Assembly (NCBI GenBank): GCA_963733055.1
Contig: CAVTBR010000003.1
Span: 672,001 to 736,000, forward strand
DNA length: 64,000 bases
Direction: 5' to 3'
Source: Candidatus Bathyarchaeota archaeon
GTDB taxonomy: Archaea > Thermoproteota > Bathyarchaeia > 40CM-2-53-6
The position numbers and the translations under genes were made by a program. The notes beneath the pieces are model-generated. The model saw nothing but the letters and a program-made list of their open reading frames with translations. It was not told where the DNA came from and searched no databases. Each line of letters opens with the position of its first letter. The first letter of the stretch is position 1. Below are positions 49,360-59,526 of this stretch, in pieces.

Positions 49360-50517
49360 TTGCCCGTTGCTGCGTTACCGAAATATGTCGACGAACTAAA
49401 AATACGGCCGCTCGACAATCTGGTTACGCCGCTCGTCGAGTCCCCTCCAGATGTCACATTATCCAAAATCCTAGGGATGATGCAAGATCGGGCAGTCTAC
49501 GAAGTCTTCTTCCCCGAAGGCACTAGATGCGGCATGATTTCAGAGAGAGAAGTCCTCAAGGCGCCAAGTATCGAGGCGACAAAAATCTCAGCCTTGGTTG
49601 TGTACGTACCCGTTCTCAAGAAAGAGGCAACAGTCGGGGAGGTCGCCAGATTGATGGCGGACTATAGAGTTAGAGCAGCGCCAATCTCAGACGGTCGGAA
49701 GATCATCGGCCAAGTAAACTGCACGACCCTTCTGCACGAACTAAAAGGAAGAATTGGGGGAGACCTCAAAATTACCTCAATAGCTACGGAAAACCCAATC
49801 ACGATCGAAGAGGACGATTCAGCCGCAAAGGCGAAGGATCTTCTGGTAAGAAAACGCATTGATCATTTGCCCGTAATCAAGGAGAAACGAGTCGTAGGAC
49901 TGCTTACCTCATCCCACATCGTTTCCAGATTGAGATCGCCCGAGCGTGTCGGTAGCAAGTCCATTAGGCCCGACACAAGACACAGTTTGGGCTTTCGTTC
50001 TGGAGATGCCATGGACCCTACTCCGCTCACGTGTCCCCCAGACACCACCGCAGAACACGCACTCGAATCCATCCTCAAGGCCGCCAAGACGTGCACATTG
50101 GTCACCCAATGGGAAGAACTCCAAGCAATATCCACTCAGCGAGACTTCATGACCCTGCTAGCCGAAATCGAACCCGCCCCCGAGTTCCCGATATTCATCG
50201 TCGGCCTACCCGAAGACCCATTCGAAGCCGAAGCTACTAAGACGAAGTTCAAACGGGTAGTCAATCAACTACACAAGGTCTTTCCAGATATTCTCGAAGC
50301 GAGGTCGGTCATAAAATCAAAATTCAAAGCTGGAAGAGAAAGAGGCCGTTATGAAGTTACGGTTCAGATCCGAACTCCCGTAGATTCTTTCAGCTACTCT
50401 GATGAAGGCTGGGAACTCGCCGCGCTATACGACCTTATAACGGACAGGCTTAAACGCCTGATGACCCACAAGCAGAAACCGCGGCGAACTCGTCAGAGGG
50501 AAAACCCAGAAGCCTAA
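49360..50517 (+). CDS. CBS-domain protein with C-terminal HPF/RaiA-like domain (archaeal ribosome hibernation factor-like)
   Basis: Four CBS repeats (RIDHLPV..VVGLLT), then RYEVTVQIRTP...EGWELAALYD..DRLKR. Confidence 0.75.
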   Translation: MPVAALPKYVDELKIRPLDNLVTPLVESPPDVTLSKILGMMQDRAVYEVFFPEGTRCGMISEREVLKAPSIEATKISALVVYVPVLKKEATVGEVARLMADYRVRAAPISDGRKIIGQVNCTTLLHELKGRIGGDLKITSIATENPITIEEDDSAAKAKDLLVRKRIDHLPVIKEKRVVGLLTSSHIVSRLRSPERVGSKSIRPDTRHSLGFRSGDAMDPTPLTCPPDTTAEHALESILKAAKTCTLVTQWEELQAISTQRDFMTLLAEIEPAPEFPIFIVGLPEDPFEAEATKTKFKRVVNQLHKVFPDILEARSVIKSKFKAGRERGRYEVTVQIRTPVDSFSYSDEGWELAALYDLITDRLKRLMTHKQKPRRTRQRENPEA

Positions 50518-50551
50518 TCAAGAATCGCAAAAACTCTGGAGACACGACCAC

Positions 50552-52579
50552 TTGCTATTACCGACCAGGATGAGACGCGTCGAGATAATTGTACCGAAGA
50601 GAAACTTCGAAGACGTGATGCTCTACCTCAGAGAGCAGAATACTATCGAACTGCTTGACGTCAAGGAAATGATCAAAGGGTATGGCGGAGGCGTTACTCC
50701 AACTCCTCTTTCGGATAGGCTATATCGGCTTACGACTCTGGAATCGAAGATCAATTCCGTAATCGCAACGCTCGAAATTACCGGAACCCGCGCAAAGCCG
50801 GTCTCAGTCGAACGACGAGTCTCCGACGAACAGTTTGCCGAAGTTGAAAAGAAAGTATCCGATTTAGAATCGCGGGTAACAGGCCTCACGAATGAAGCAC
50901 AGACCCTCGAAGCCCTCGTCACGTACGCAGAACATCAAGTTAATCTGAGCATTGAAGAGATAATGAAGATTGACGACGTAAACTCCCCCGAAGGCCGACA
51001 TAAGCTCGAGGAGATCATCACTGGCATCTTCCAGACATTGAAACCGACGGAACTCAAAGTTTCAGGCCCGCTGGAAGATATTGTTCAATCGAAAGCGTTG
51101 GAAGAGGCGGTTGTCAAGGATATTTCAGACAATGTTACCAAAATTTTGGAATCGAAACGAGACTCCGCCGCAATCGCCGAGACCATCACCAGCACGTTAG
51201 GCCTGAAACTGAAATCAATTTCACGGAAAAAGAACCTCAGGTACGAAGCGGCAAGCAGAATCGAAGCCGCGCGAACGCGACTCAAGGAATTGAAAGCGAA
51301 CCTTGCCGAGATCAGCCACGCAGACGGAGAATACCTGCTGGTACAGAGGGAAGTCATCGGCGCGGAAAGAGCACTCGAGCAAGCAAAGGGCTACTGCGGA
51401 AAGACGGAATCGACATCCATGATCGAGGGATGGATACCGTCCTCAAAAGTGAACAAGATTAAGGACGGACTCAAATCGATATGTGCAGACGAAGTAATCG
51501 TCAAAGACTGGCCCGCCAAAAACGCCCCAACACAGCTCCAAAACCCCAAGGGGCCAATCTTATCCACATTCGAGAAACTAACAGTCGGCTTCGGAGTACC
51601 AAAGAGCGAAGAGATCGATCCCACCATTCTATGGCTCGTAACCTACCCGCTCTTCTTCGGGCTTATGTTCGGTGACGTAGGCAACGGAATTGTAGTAATA
51701 ATCGCATCAAGCATCATTTACTTCTACAAGAGAAGGGGATTGAAGATCCCAGACAACGCCTACGGAGGAATGGGCGGCGTCTTCAGCATGGTAATCGCCG
51801 GTTCACCCTTATTGATTCTGAGCGGCTTCGCGTCCCTATTTGTTGGATTCCTGTACGGAACAATATTCGGAAATGTGGAATGGTTTAAGATGGTTACCGG
51901 CCTCCCTGGACCCCTCTGGTTCGAACCATTCAGCAACATACGACTAATGCTGAGATTATCCATAACGATCGGCGTAATTCACATAATGTCCGGCATGATA
52001 CTGAAGATAATAGACAAGCTCTACGTCCGAGATTACCGCGAAATGATTTCCGGCCCCTTGGTTTGGCTATGGTTCTACGGAGCGTTCGGTATCACTTTGT
52101 TACAATACGGGTTGCGCTTCCCCAACTACCTCTTCAACCCGAACAACGGCATGAACATATTCTTGATTATGGGAGTCCCTCTCATCGCGATGCTGGTAGC
52201 AAAGTTCTGGGCTGTAGGACCAATGGGTTTGATGGAGGCCTTTGAAGCGTTGCTCGCAACCTTGTCCCACACAATATCCTATGTTCGAATACTCGCAATG
52301 AAACTCATCGAGGACGTATTCTTCCACTTATTCCTTGGAGTACTAGTCTTCTTCATGGCTTGGGGAAACCTAGCCGGCGACGCCCTCGGATACATACTCT
52401 TCGCGGCTCTAACAACAATACTAATCATGATACTAGAGACCGCTTTCGTGTTCATGCAGACTCTTCGACTTCACTGGGTAGAGTGGTTCCTCAAATTCTA
52501 CGAGGGAAGCGGTATCGCATTCAAACCCTACGGCATCATCAGAACCTACACCCGAGTTCAGACCGACCTCCCCTCGTAA
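50552..52579 (+). CDS. atpI: A/V-type ATP synthase subunit I (a)
   Basis: EGWIP, EIDPT, FFGLMFGDVG, SHTISYVRILA, LRLHWVEW..KFYEG.G..FKP. Confidence 0.93.
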   Translation: MLLPTRMRRVEIIVPKRNFEDVMLYLREQNTIELLDVKEMIKGYGGGVTPTPLSDRLYRLTTLESKINSVIATLEITGTRAKPVSVERRVSDEQFAEVEKKVSDLESRVTGLTNEAQTLEALVTYAEHQVNLSIEEIMKIDDVNSPEGRHKLEEIITGIFQTLKPTELKVSGPLEDIVQSKALEEAVVKDISDNVTKILESKRDSAAIAETITSTLGLKLKSISRKKNLRYEAASRIEAARTRLKELKANLAEISHADGEYLLVQREVIGAERALEQAKGYCGKTESTSMIEGWIPSSKVNKIKDGLKSICADEVIVKDWPAKNAPTQLQNPKGPILSTFEKLTVGFGVPKSEEIDPTILWLVTYPLFFGLMFGDVGNGIVVIIASSIIYFYKRRGLKIPDNAYGGMGGVFSMVIAGSPLLILSGFASLFVGFLYGTIFGNVEWFKMVTGLPGPLWFEPFSNIRLMLRLSITIGVIHIMSGMILKIIDKLYVRDYREMISGPLVWLWFYGAFGITLLQYGLRFPNYLFNPNNGMNIFLIMGVPLIAMLVAKFWAVGPMGLMEAFEALLATLSHTISYVRILAMKLIEDVFFHLFLGVLVFFMAWGNLAGDALGYILFAALTTILIMILETAFVFMQTLRLHWVEWFLKFYEGSGIAFKPYGIIRTYTRVQTDLPS

Positions 52580-52675
52580 CACGCAGAACTTGCGGTTGAA
52601 CCTCGAACAGATGCGGCTTCTGTTTATATTGCCGTGTCGCTGGCGTACCAGACACAGCGATAAGGTGAATCTCCT

Positions 52676-53998
52676 ACGAGTGCATCAAGCGCAGTTCAGG
52701 TCCAAGCAATAAGCGACATTGTCGCGGAACTACAGGAATATGGCCTGACCCGAAATGAAGCCCGAGTACTCGTCTTCTTAGCGAAAACGGGCCCGTCAAA
52801 AGCCAGCGAGGTCGCACGAGCTGTCCTGATCAACCGAACAGAAACCTACCGAACCATCAGGAACCTTCAGAGGCGCGGCCTCGTGGAGGCAACACTTGAG
52901 CGACCCGTACGATTACAATCTGTCCCCTTTGAGCGATGCTTGAGCATTCTCATCGAGGAACGAAAGGCGAGGCTGAGAATTCTCGAACAGCGGGGAGAAG
53001 CCCTACGTCGCCAATTTGACGTTGTTCGCATAGAGCCCGTGACCCACGAAGTGGAACGGTTTCAAGTAGTGGAAGGTAGACTTCGAATTGAACAGAGACT
53101 GCAGGGCATGTGTTCGCAGGCCCAAAAATCAGTCATGACAGTTCTTTCCCCCTCAGAGATGGTCAGGGCCGATACCGCCGGCCTCTTTGACATGCTAAAC
53201 CAGGCTGCGTCAGGCGGGTTACGCGTAAGAGTGATTACTTCGATAGTGAAACCGAACCTCGAGATAGTCGAGAAACTCCCGCAACACGTTGAGATTCGAC
53301 ACTTGGACCTGAAAGCAAAGCCGATTCCGAGAGTTTCAATTATTGACGACAGCGAGGCTCTATTCGAGATAAGCACTGCTGATGACTCGCCCAGAATGGA
53401 AGAAGAGGTCGCGCTGTGGATCAACAGCCGCGCATTCGTGCGAAACCTTCAAGCCTACTTTGACGAGATGTGGACCTCTGCGACACCCTCCGAAGCTCGG
53501 ATTGAAGCTTTGCGAAAGGGCATTCCTCCAGACGAACTCAAAATCTTCAAGGGACGAAACGAAGTCAACGGAAAGCTCAATCAAATGATCGAATCCGCCG
53601 ATAAGAGCGTTGAGATCTGGACGACGATGAGGGGAATTCAGGCTCTCGCGGACTTCCATTTCGCGCAGTTGAAAGAGGCAAAAGGGCGCGGAGCGAAGAT
53701 TCGTATCATAGCGCCGATCACAAGCGAGAACACGGAAGGAGCTAGGAAACTCGTCCCGGTCTCCGAATTGCGTTACTCCGAGGCGCTTGGGCCGACAGGA
53801 ATGGCTATCGTGAATCAACGAGAGTTAATGCTCTACGAGAGGTTACCGGACGACAACAGCCCGGATGTGGGAGCTGATGTTGGATTTTGGACTAACAGTA
53901 CTCGGTTCACTGAAACTATGAGTCGAGCGTATGATGCCATGTGGAAAGGGGTGTTTACAATCTACACGCCAAAGCGTCGCGGGTCTCAGAGTAGATAG
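52676..53998 (+). CDS. TrmB-family transcription regulator (wHTH plus two effector domains); start uncertain
   Basis: LQEYGLTRNEARVLVFL...RTETYRTIRNLQRRGLV lies upstream of the ORF-track GTG 52883 in the same frame. Confidence 0.85.
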   Translation, partial: TSASSAVQVQAISDIVAELQEYGLTRNEARVLVFLAKTGPSKASEVARAVLINRTETYRTIRNLQRRGLVEATLERPVRLQSVPFERCLSILIEERKARLRILEQRGEALRRQFDVVRIEPVTHEVERFQVVEGRLRIEQRLQGMCSQAQKSVMTVLSPSEMVRADTAGLFDMLNQAASGGLRVRVITSIVKPNLEIVEKLPQHVEIRHLDLKAKPIPRVSIIDDSEALFEISTADDSPRMEEEVALWINSRAFVRNLQAYFDEMWTSATPSEARIEALRKGIPPDELKIFKGRNEVNGKLNQMIESADKSVEIWTTMRGIQALADFHFAQLKEAKGRGAKIRIIAPITSENTEGARKLVPVSELRYSEALGPTGMAIVNQRELMLYERLPDDNSPDVGADVGFWTNSTRFTETMSRAYDAMWKGVFTIYTPKRRGSQSR

Positions 53999-54036
53999 AC
54001 CGAAAATACTTTCATGAATTTACATAGGCGCTGTAT

Positions 54037-54906
54037 TTGTCGCGCCCGAAGTTCGGCCTCCAGCTTCCGCAGGATACTCCCAATCCGGACCATCTCATTG
54101 AGGTGGCCAAAGAATGCGAGGCCCTTGGATACGATAGCGTTTGGGCATATGACCACCTTTCTCCTTACTGGCTTCCCTCAGGCAGAGCCATGGAATGCTG
54201 GACCCTGCTTTCCGCCGTCGCGGCTCGGACGTCAAAGATTAGAATTGGAAGCCTCGTAACGAATGTAAATCTGCGCAATCCCGCATTACTCGCAAAGATG
54301 ACGAGCACAGTCGACTGCATTAGTGGGGGGAGGCTGATTGTCGGATTGGGTCCCGGTGATAGAATGAGTGCGCATGAAATGCAAAGCCATGGCTATCACT
54401 TTCCGTCGCTTGAACGGAGAATAAGTCGCCTGAGGGATACAATCCTTATCTTGAGAGAGATGTGGACTGGCGAGAACATCTCGGTAGTCGGCAAAACATC
54501 AGGGGTATCGAATGCGCTGAGCCTACCGGAGCCGAAACAAGAACCTGGACCACCAATTTGGATTGGCGGGAAACACCATATGATTCTAGATCTTGTCGCC
54601 GAGCTTGCGGATGGATGGAATTATTGGGACTTGGACAAGGGCCTCTTGGAAGAACGCGAGAAGTATCTGTTTGCAAAATGTGCAGAGTTCGGTCGCTCCC
54701 CCGAAGATCTGCTGAAGTCGTGGGCTGGAACGGTTGACAACGAGGTGAGGCGATCCTACAACAAGTCAATGATGGTTGATAGCATTAGGAGAATGCTGTT
54801 GTCGAAGACAAGCAAGTATACCGATTATTTCATAGCTTCTTTTGGCCACGAATCCGACCGCGAGGCTTACGAGGCATTCGCGGAGGCTGTGAAATCACTC
54901 GCCTAA
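54037..54906 (+). CDS. LLM-class flavin/F420-dependent oxidoreductase
   Basis: GYDSVWAYDH, RNPALLAKM, SGGRLIVGLG, PPIWIGG, ADGWN. Confidence 0.9.
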   Translation: MSRPKFGLQLPQDTPNPDHLIEVAKECEALGYDSVWAYDHLSPYWLPSGRAMECWTLLSAVAARTSKIRIGSLVTNVNLRNPALLAKMTSTVDCISGGRLIVGLGPGDRMSAHEMQSHGYHFPSLERRISRLRDTILILREMWTGENISVVGKTSGVSNALSLPEPKQEPGPPIWIGGKHHMILDLVAELADGWNYWDLDKGLLEEREKYLFAKCAEFGRSPEDLLKSWAGTVDNEVRRSYNKSMMVDSIRRMLLSKTSKYTDYFIASFGHESDREAYEAFAEAVKSLA

Positions 54907-54919
54907 TGGGGGTTGGATT

Positions 54920-55659
54920 ATGAACCTCTCTGAGCAGCGGACGACCAAGACTAGGCAGATTACGTTGGCTGCGGTCTTTGCGATCGTATACTTCATTCTA
55001 AGGAGCGTGCCCACGTTTTCGATGATTGAGTTGTCTGGACAGTTTACGGCGGGAGACTTTCTGTTGACAACTATCGCTTTAGTGGCGGGGGTTTGGAGCG
55101 GAACAATCGCGGTTTTGGTCGGAACTATAATCGCTTACCCGGTGAGGCCTCCTATTTTCTTTGGGTTGGATTTTCTTCCTGGCGTTGTGAACGTTTTCGT
55201 GGCTGCGCTTCTAATTTCAGGGCGACGCAGAATTGCCCAAGCTGTCTACGTTCTGATCTTGGCCGCATTTCTTGTAAGCCCGTATAGCGTATTCTATGGC
55301 TACGACCATGTCCCCTACGTGTGGCTTCACCTGATCGCTCTTATCGTCCTCCTATCTCCTGCGGCCTCTCGGATACCCCGTGGTTGAACAAGGGTGGATA
55401 TTTCGGAGCTGCCGCCATTGCAACCCTAGCTTTTGTGGGCACCATGGCGCAACACCTTGTGGGTGGAATATTGTTCGAAACCGTAGTGGGGTTCGTGGGA
55501 GGAGTTTCACCCGCTAAGTTTGCGCAGATCTGGGGAGTAGTATTCTTCCTATATCCGGAAGAAAGACTGATCATTCTGACGATATCGACGATTCTAGGTA
55601 TCGCAATATTCAACGCCTACCAACGGTTGCTCCCTCACACTACGAGAGGAAGACAGTAG
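54920..55659 (+). CDS. ECF transporter S-component-like membrane protein (frameshift near 55375)
   Basis: Six or more TM segments across two joined ORFs; GTMAQHLVGG, YPEERL. Confidence 0.7.
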
Positions 55660-55784
55660 GCTATGCGAGCTGAGGGCCCGAGCAGGACAAAGTCTGAACG
55701 ACCTCTCCCGTTCCGCGGTTAACTCCTGTAACCATATTAGAGTGCGGAAACCTATCCTCTTCTTGATGTAGGTAAAACCGCTGG

Positions 55785-56834
55785 GTGGAACGGATTATGG
55801 CCAAACGCCCGATGAAACTCTTCGAACGGTTGCTAGATACTGACGTGAAGGCAGACCTACTTACGCTCTTTCATAACAATGCCAACATGTCTGAGACTCC
55901 GGAAGGACTGGCGAAGAAGGTTGGACGGAACCCAGTCGAGGTCCAGCGTGAGCTCGAAGATTTAGTGGAACTTGGAATTCTGAAGAAAGTTGAGGTTTAC
56001 TCGTTTGGAATGGACCGAGATAAGGAAATACAAGACGCGATTTCAAAGCAACTAGCTCTCGGAGAGATCGTTGGACCCGGCGGAGCAGTTAGCGGCACCG
56101 GCGTTAATGCAAGACAAGTTCCTAGGATCAGATCAGGGATCGAGATCATAGACAAGATGCTTCCCGATGGATTACCCTCTACATGCACGATCGTCCTACT
56201 CACCGATCCGGGGGCTGGACCAGAGAACGTTGTGGCGCACATGGTCGGTCGCCAAATCGAATCTGGGAAGACCGTTCTGTACATCACTTTGGATAATTTC
56301 CCACCCAACATTCGGCAGAGCGTTCACGCGCACGTTACTCAGGGAACTACTGACTGGTCGTCTCTTGTGTTTGTCGATTGCTACTCGAAGACGGTCGGCG
56401 TCGAGAGTGAAGAGACGCACGCGGTTGATCCGGAAAACGTGACAGCAATCAGCATCGCAATATCGGACGTGATGGCGCGCAGTGCAGTGTCACTGATCGT
56501 GGTTGACTCATTCAACACCTTGATACGCAAAAGAGGGGGCCATTCGGCGATTGAGTTCTTGCGCGTCCTCGTGGCTAGAACACGGCAGGCGAAGTGTCTT
56601 TGCCTAGTCACTATGAATCGGAAGGCCTTTCATCCGGCCATCGTCGCTTCGGCGCAGGACATTGTGGACGGAGTTATCGAACTTAAACTGGACGAAGAAG
56701 CCGAAGGGATCGCCACGTCGCTTCGGATTCTTAAGATGGTTGGGGCAAAACATTCCACCGCTTGGGAGCGGTATACGATTTCCGATGACGGTGAATTGGT
56801 TTCAGCGGCTCCGGATACAACTGAAAAAACTTAG
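55785..56834 (+). CDS. wHTH fused to RAD55/KaiC-like ATPase with degenerate Walker A
   Basis: SGIEIIDKML, TDPGAGPE (no GKT), FVDCYS, VVDS, DGVIEL, LRILKM. Confidence 0.75.
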   Translation: MERIMAKRPMKLFERLLDTDVKADLLTLFHNNANMSETPEGLAKKVGRNPVEVQRELEDLVELGILKKVEVYSFGMDRDKEIQDAISKQLALGEIVGPGGAVSGTGVNARQVPRIRSGIEIIDKMLPDGLPSTCTIVLLTDPGAGPENVVAHMVGRQIESGKTVLYITLDNFPPNIRQSVHAHVTQGTTDWSSLVFVDCYSKTVGVESEETHAVDPENVTAISIAISDVMARSAVSLIVVDSFNTLIRKRGGHSAIEFLRVLVARTRQAKCLCLVTMNRKAFHPAIVASAQDIVDGVIELKLDEEAEGIATSLRILKMVGAKHSTAWERYTISDDGELVSAAPDTTEKT

Positions 56835-56841
56835 ATGTGGT

Positions 56842-57959
56842 CTAGCTCATCTCTTTCAATTTCGCTGGTAGGTACTTGTCGACTATGTAGGCTAGGCCGT
56901 AACGGCTGAAAGCCTCCTGCTCCGATTTACGTTTGTTCTTCAGGAACGACGCAATCTCCTTCTTCCACAATTTCCCATCGTATCGAGGATCCTTCTCAAG
57001 CTCGTAGAGGCGTTTTATGTCAAGATCGGTTAGTGGGTCACTTGGGAGTTTGTAATTAACGATATCCGAGGCATGAACTCCGCACCATTTGGCGTCTGGC
57101 GTGTTTAGGTCCCGAAGGTGTGCTGCGTTCGCTGAACCCGAGATTATGACGTTGGCGATGTGCATTCCCCAAGGATCCGCAGTCGCAGAATATGTAACAT
57201 GGTAGCTTCAGCTCTCTATTCATTCGCCTTATCAGAGATCGAGTTGCGCGAGGAGCCTGGCCGGCTGTGTGAATCAATATTGCCCTGTGCTTCTCATGAA
57301 CCCGCTCTTCGATGAAACGAGTGAACAAGCCACCTTTCTCGATGGCAATTATCTTGTCGGCACCACAATCACCGAATTCGGCATTTGTCGAGCGCGGGGC
57401 CGATCATCATTCCGTCGGGATGCGAGGCAAGGTTAAGTTCCTTCCCCTCGTAACCTCGCACGGTATACCGAATTGTTAAGTCGCCGAATATTGCGCTCCG
57501 TTCTTCGGGAAAGACGTTGAAATCTTCCCTAGAGTGACCAATCACTGTTTCTAGATCAGTGATTATGTCATCGCTTTCTGCCTGATCGGCGAAGCTCATT
57601 TCATATGCCTGGGCAGAATAGAAGACGTCTCGAAGGGTTGAGGTTTTTCCTTCGCTGGTGAGTTCGTCGACGAATGACCCAGTCCAGACAAGTTGGGTTA
57701 ACGGCCGGACGTGTCTGATGTTGCGCACGCTTCGTCTTACGAAGTGATCTCCAAGAATGTACTGCCGAGTCTGTTGATCGTAGTGGATGTTAGTGATAGA
57801 TCGGCTTGGCATGCGGACTGAGGGCCACTGTTTCTGAGACAGTTGCGCGTAGATTTGCTCGCCAAGGTCCTTTAGGGTACCCTGGACGACGCGTTTCTTT
57901 TCTTCGATTCGGCTAGGCGTCTTGGATGTCTTCGTCGCTTTCGTCGCTTTCTTCTTCAT
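56842..57959 (-). CDS. top6A: DNA topoisomerase VI subunit A (two apparent frameshifts, near 57390 and 57181)
   Basis: [35 protein letters not shown] across three ORFs. Confidence 0.9.
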
Positions 57960-59469
57960 GGCTTAGAACACTCTTCAGTAACAACGAAACGTCGGGCTGC
58001 TTACTTTTTCTCGCAAGCTTCGTGGAGAATAAGGCAATTTTCGGAAGGTACTTTTGGAATACGTCAAGCCTGTGCTTGTCGTGGGCGATATTGATTTTCT
58101 TTGATAGGAATAATGATAGTCTCCGAGCGACCTCCCTTAGCGCGTTTAATATTTCGTGTTCGACATCAGGCCTGTCCGCGATGAATTCCTTCCCAACGGT
58201 CTTGTACGGTACTTTGGTGGAGCATATGTGAACGAAAACTGCGATCGGCATGTCGGGGGTGGCCTTGTAATGCTTCCAGTCGACTTGCGTATTGACTACC
58301 TTCCAAGAGACGTCGCTTGCTTCATCGAAGAGCAGGGGGATCTTGTTGGCAAACCTAAACAATTTGATGCCGCCGCCGGCCTCAATCTGTCCACCATACG
58401 CAATCCCAACCTCAACTATGAAGGGGAATCCGGCGTAAGCTGAGGGTTTTCGTTGGTAGACGGCGATGAATTCTGGGGAAAGCTCCTTCTTTATCCCAGC
58501 CTCCAACAATTCCTCGCCCAACGGAGAGAGGCAGCTGGCGTCAGGAGCTAGGAACTTGTAATTCTTCATCCCGTTCACGAGGGTGACGATTTCCTCCGGG
58601 GTGAGTTTCTTAGGGTTCTTCCTCGTCGCGAGGTTGACCGTTTGGAGGAACGACGTGGCAATGGTTCTCCCAACCCGATGGAAATGAGTTCGCATGAAAT
58701 TCACGAGCGTCCTCTCGTTGGTTAGATCGATTAGGCGCTTCATGGTTTCGACGTCGACTCCGTGTGGGTGGGGTAAGGTTTCTTCAGGCGGTTTCGGCAT
58801 CTGGGTGGTAATGCGATCAAACCTGTACAGCCTGCCTCGCGGATCAACGTAAGTCACGGTGGCGTAGGGGGCGACGATCGCGGTCTCCATTAGGTAATCT
58901 AGAATTTTCGACATTGCACGGGTGTAATCTGCTTCTGTGGAGAATTCGATTACGGCCCCGTGCCATCGGTTCTCGTTCGGATGGGTTTTGTGTTTCAAAA
59001 CCGTGGGCTTGTTCTTCTGTATGTCAATAATCAGATCGTATTGATGGATCTTCGTCGGACCGGTGCTCGACATTATAGTGGCCGTCCCATGAGTGGTGAT
59101 TTGGCCGTAGAGGATCGCCATCTTCCCGCCCAAGCCGAAGGTGCCTCGAGTCTGTCGGAGTTTGTACTTTGATCCGAAGAGCACCTGGCCGAAGGCTGAT
59201 GGAATTATGTCGTGAGGTATGCCAATCCCATTATCTTCAATATGCACCCTGTAAATGCCGGGCCCATCAGTGGGCCCCGACTCGTGCGAAATGCGCAGAT
59301 ATATGTCGGGCGGAATTTGTTTTGTTTCACACGCGTCCAGAGAGTTTTCAACTAGTTCACGGATGGTTGAATAGATCGCCCGAGTTGGATTTGTGAACCC
59401 CGCGATGTCACGGTTCCGGTAGAAGAAGTCTGCCGCAGAGATTTCCTGGAATACTTCTTGCAGCGCCAT
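57913..59469 (-). CDS. top6B: DNA topoisomerase VI subunit B
   Basis: ELVENSLDA, EDNGIG, QTRGTFGLG, RFANKIPL, STKVPYKT.GKE. Confidence 0.96.
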   Translation of the reverse strand: MALQEVFQEISAADFFYRNRDIAGFTNPTRAIYSTIRELVENSLDACETKQIPPDIYLRISHESGPTDGPGIYRVHIEDNGIGIPHDIIPSAFGQVLFGSKYKLRQTRGTFGLGGKMAILYGQITTHGTATIMSSTGPTKIHQYDLIIDIQKNKPTVLKHKTHPNENRWHGAVIEFSTEADYTRAMSKILDYLMETAIVAPYATVTYVDPRGRLYRFDRITTQMPKPPEETLPHPHGVDVETMKRLIDLTNERTLVNFMRTHFHRVGRTIATSFLQTVNLATRKNPKKLTPEEIVTLVNGMKNYKFLAPDASCLSPLGEELLEAGIKKELSPEFIAVYQRKPSAYAGFPFIVEVGIAYGGQIEAGGGIKLFRFANKIPLLFDEASDVSWKVVNTQVDWKHYKATPDMPIAVFVHICSTKVPYKTVGKEFIADRPDVEHEILNALREVARRLSLFLSKKINIAHDKHRLDVFQKYLPKIALFSTKLARKSKQPDVSLLLKSVLSHEEESDESDEDIQDA

Positions 59470-59526
59470 TAGGGTTCGACTACCTTTGCGGGCGTGTGGA
59501 ATAAAGCTGATGATGGTTTCTGCGTG

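Noticed and set aside
55660-55740. Intergenic CCGA/CTGA boxes suggesting a C/D sRNA or a riboswitch near the ECF gene
   Set aside because: No convincing C box, terminal stem or TPP-riboswitch core
56842-57959. Programmed frameshifting or a split top6A
   Set aside because: No slippery sequences at the breaks; similar indels are scattered through unrelated genes
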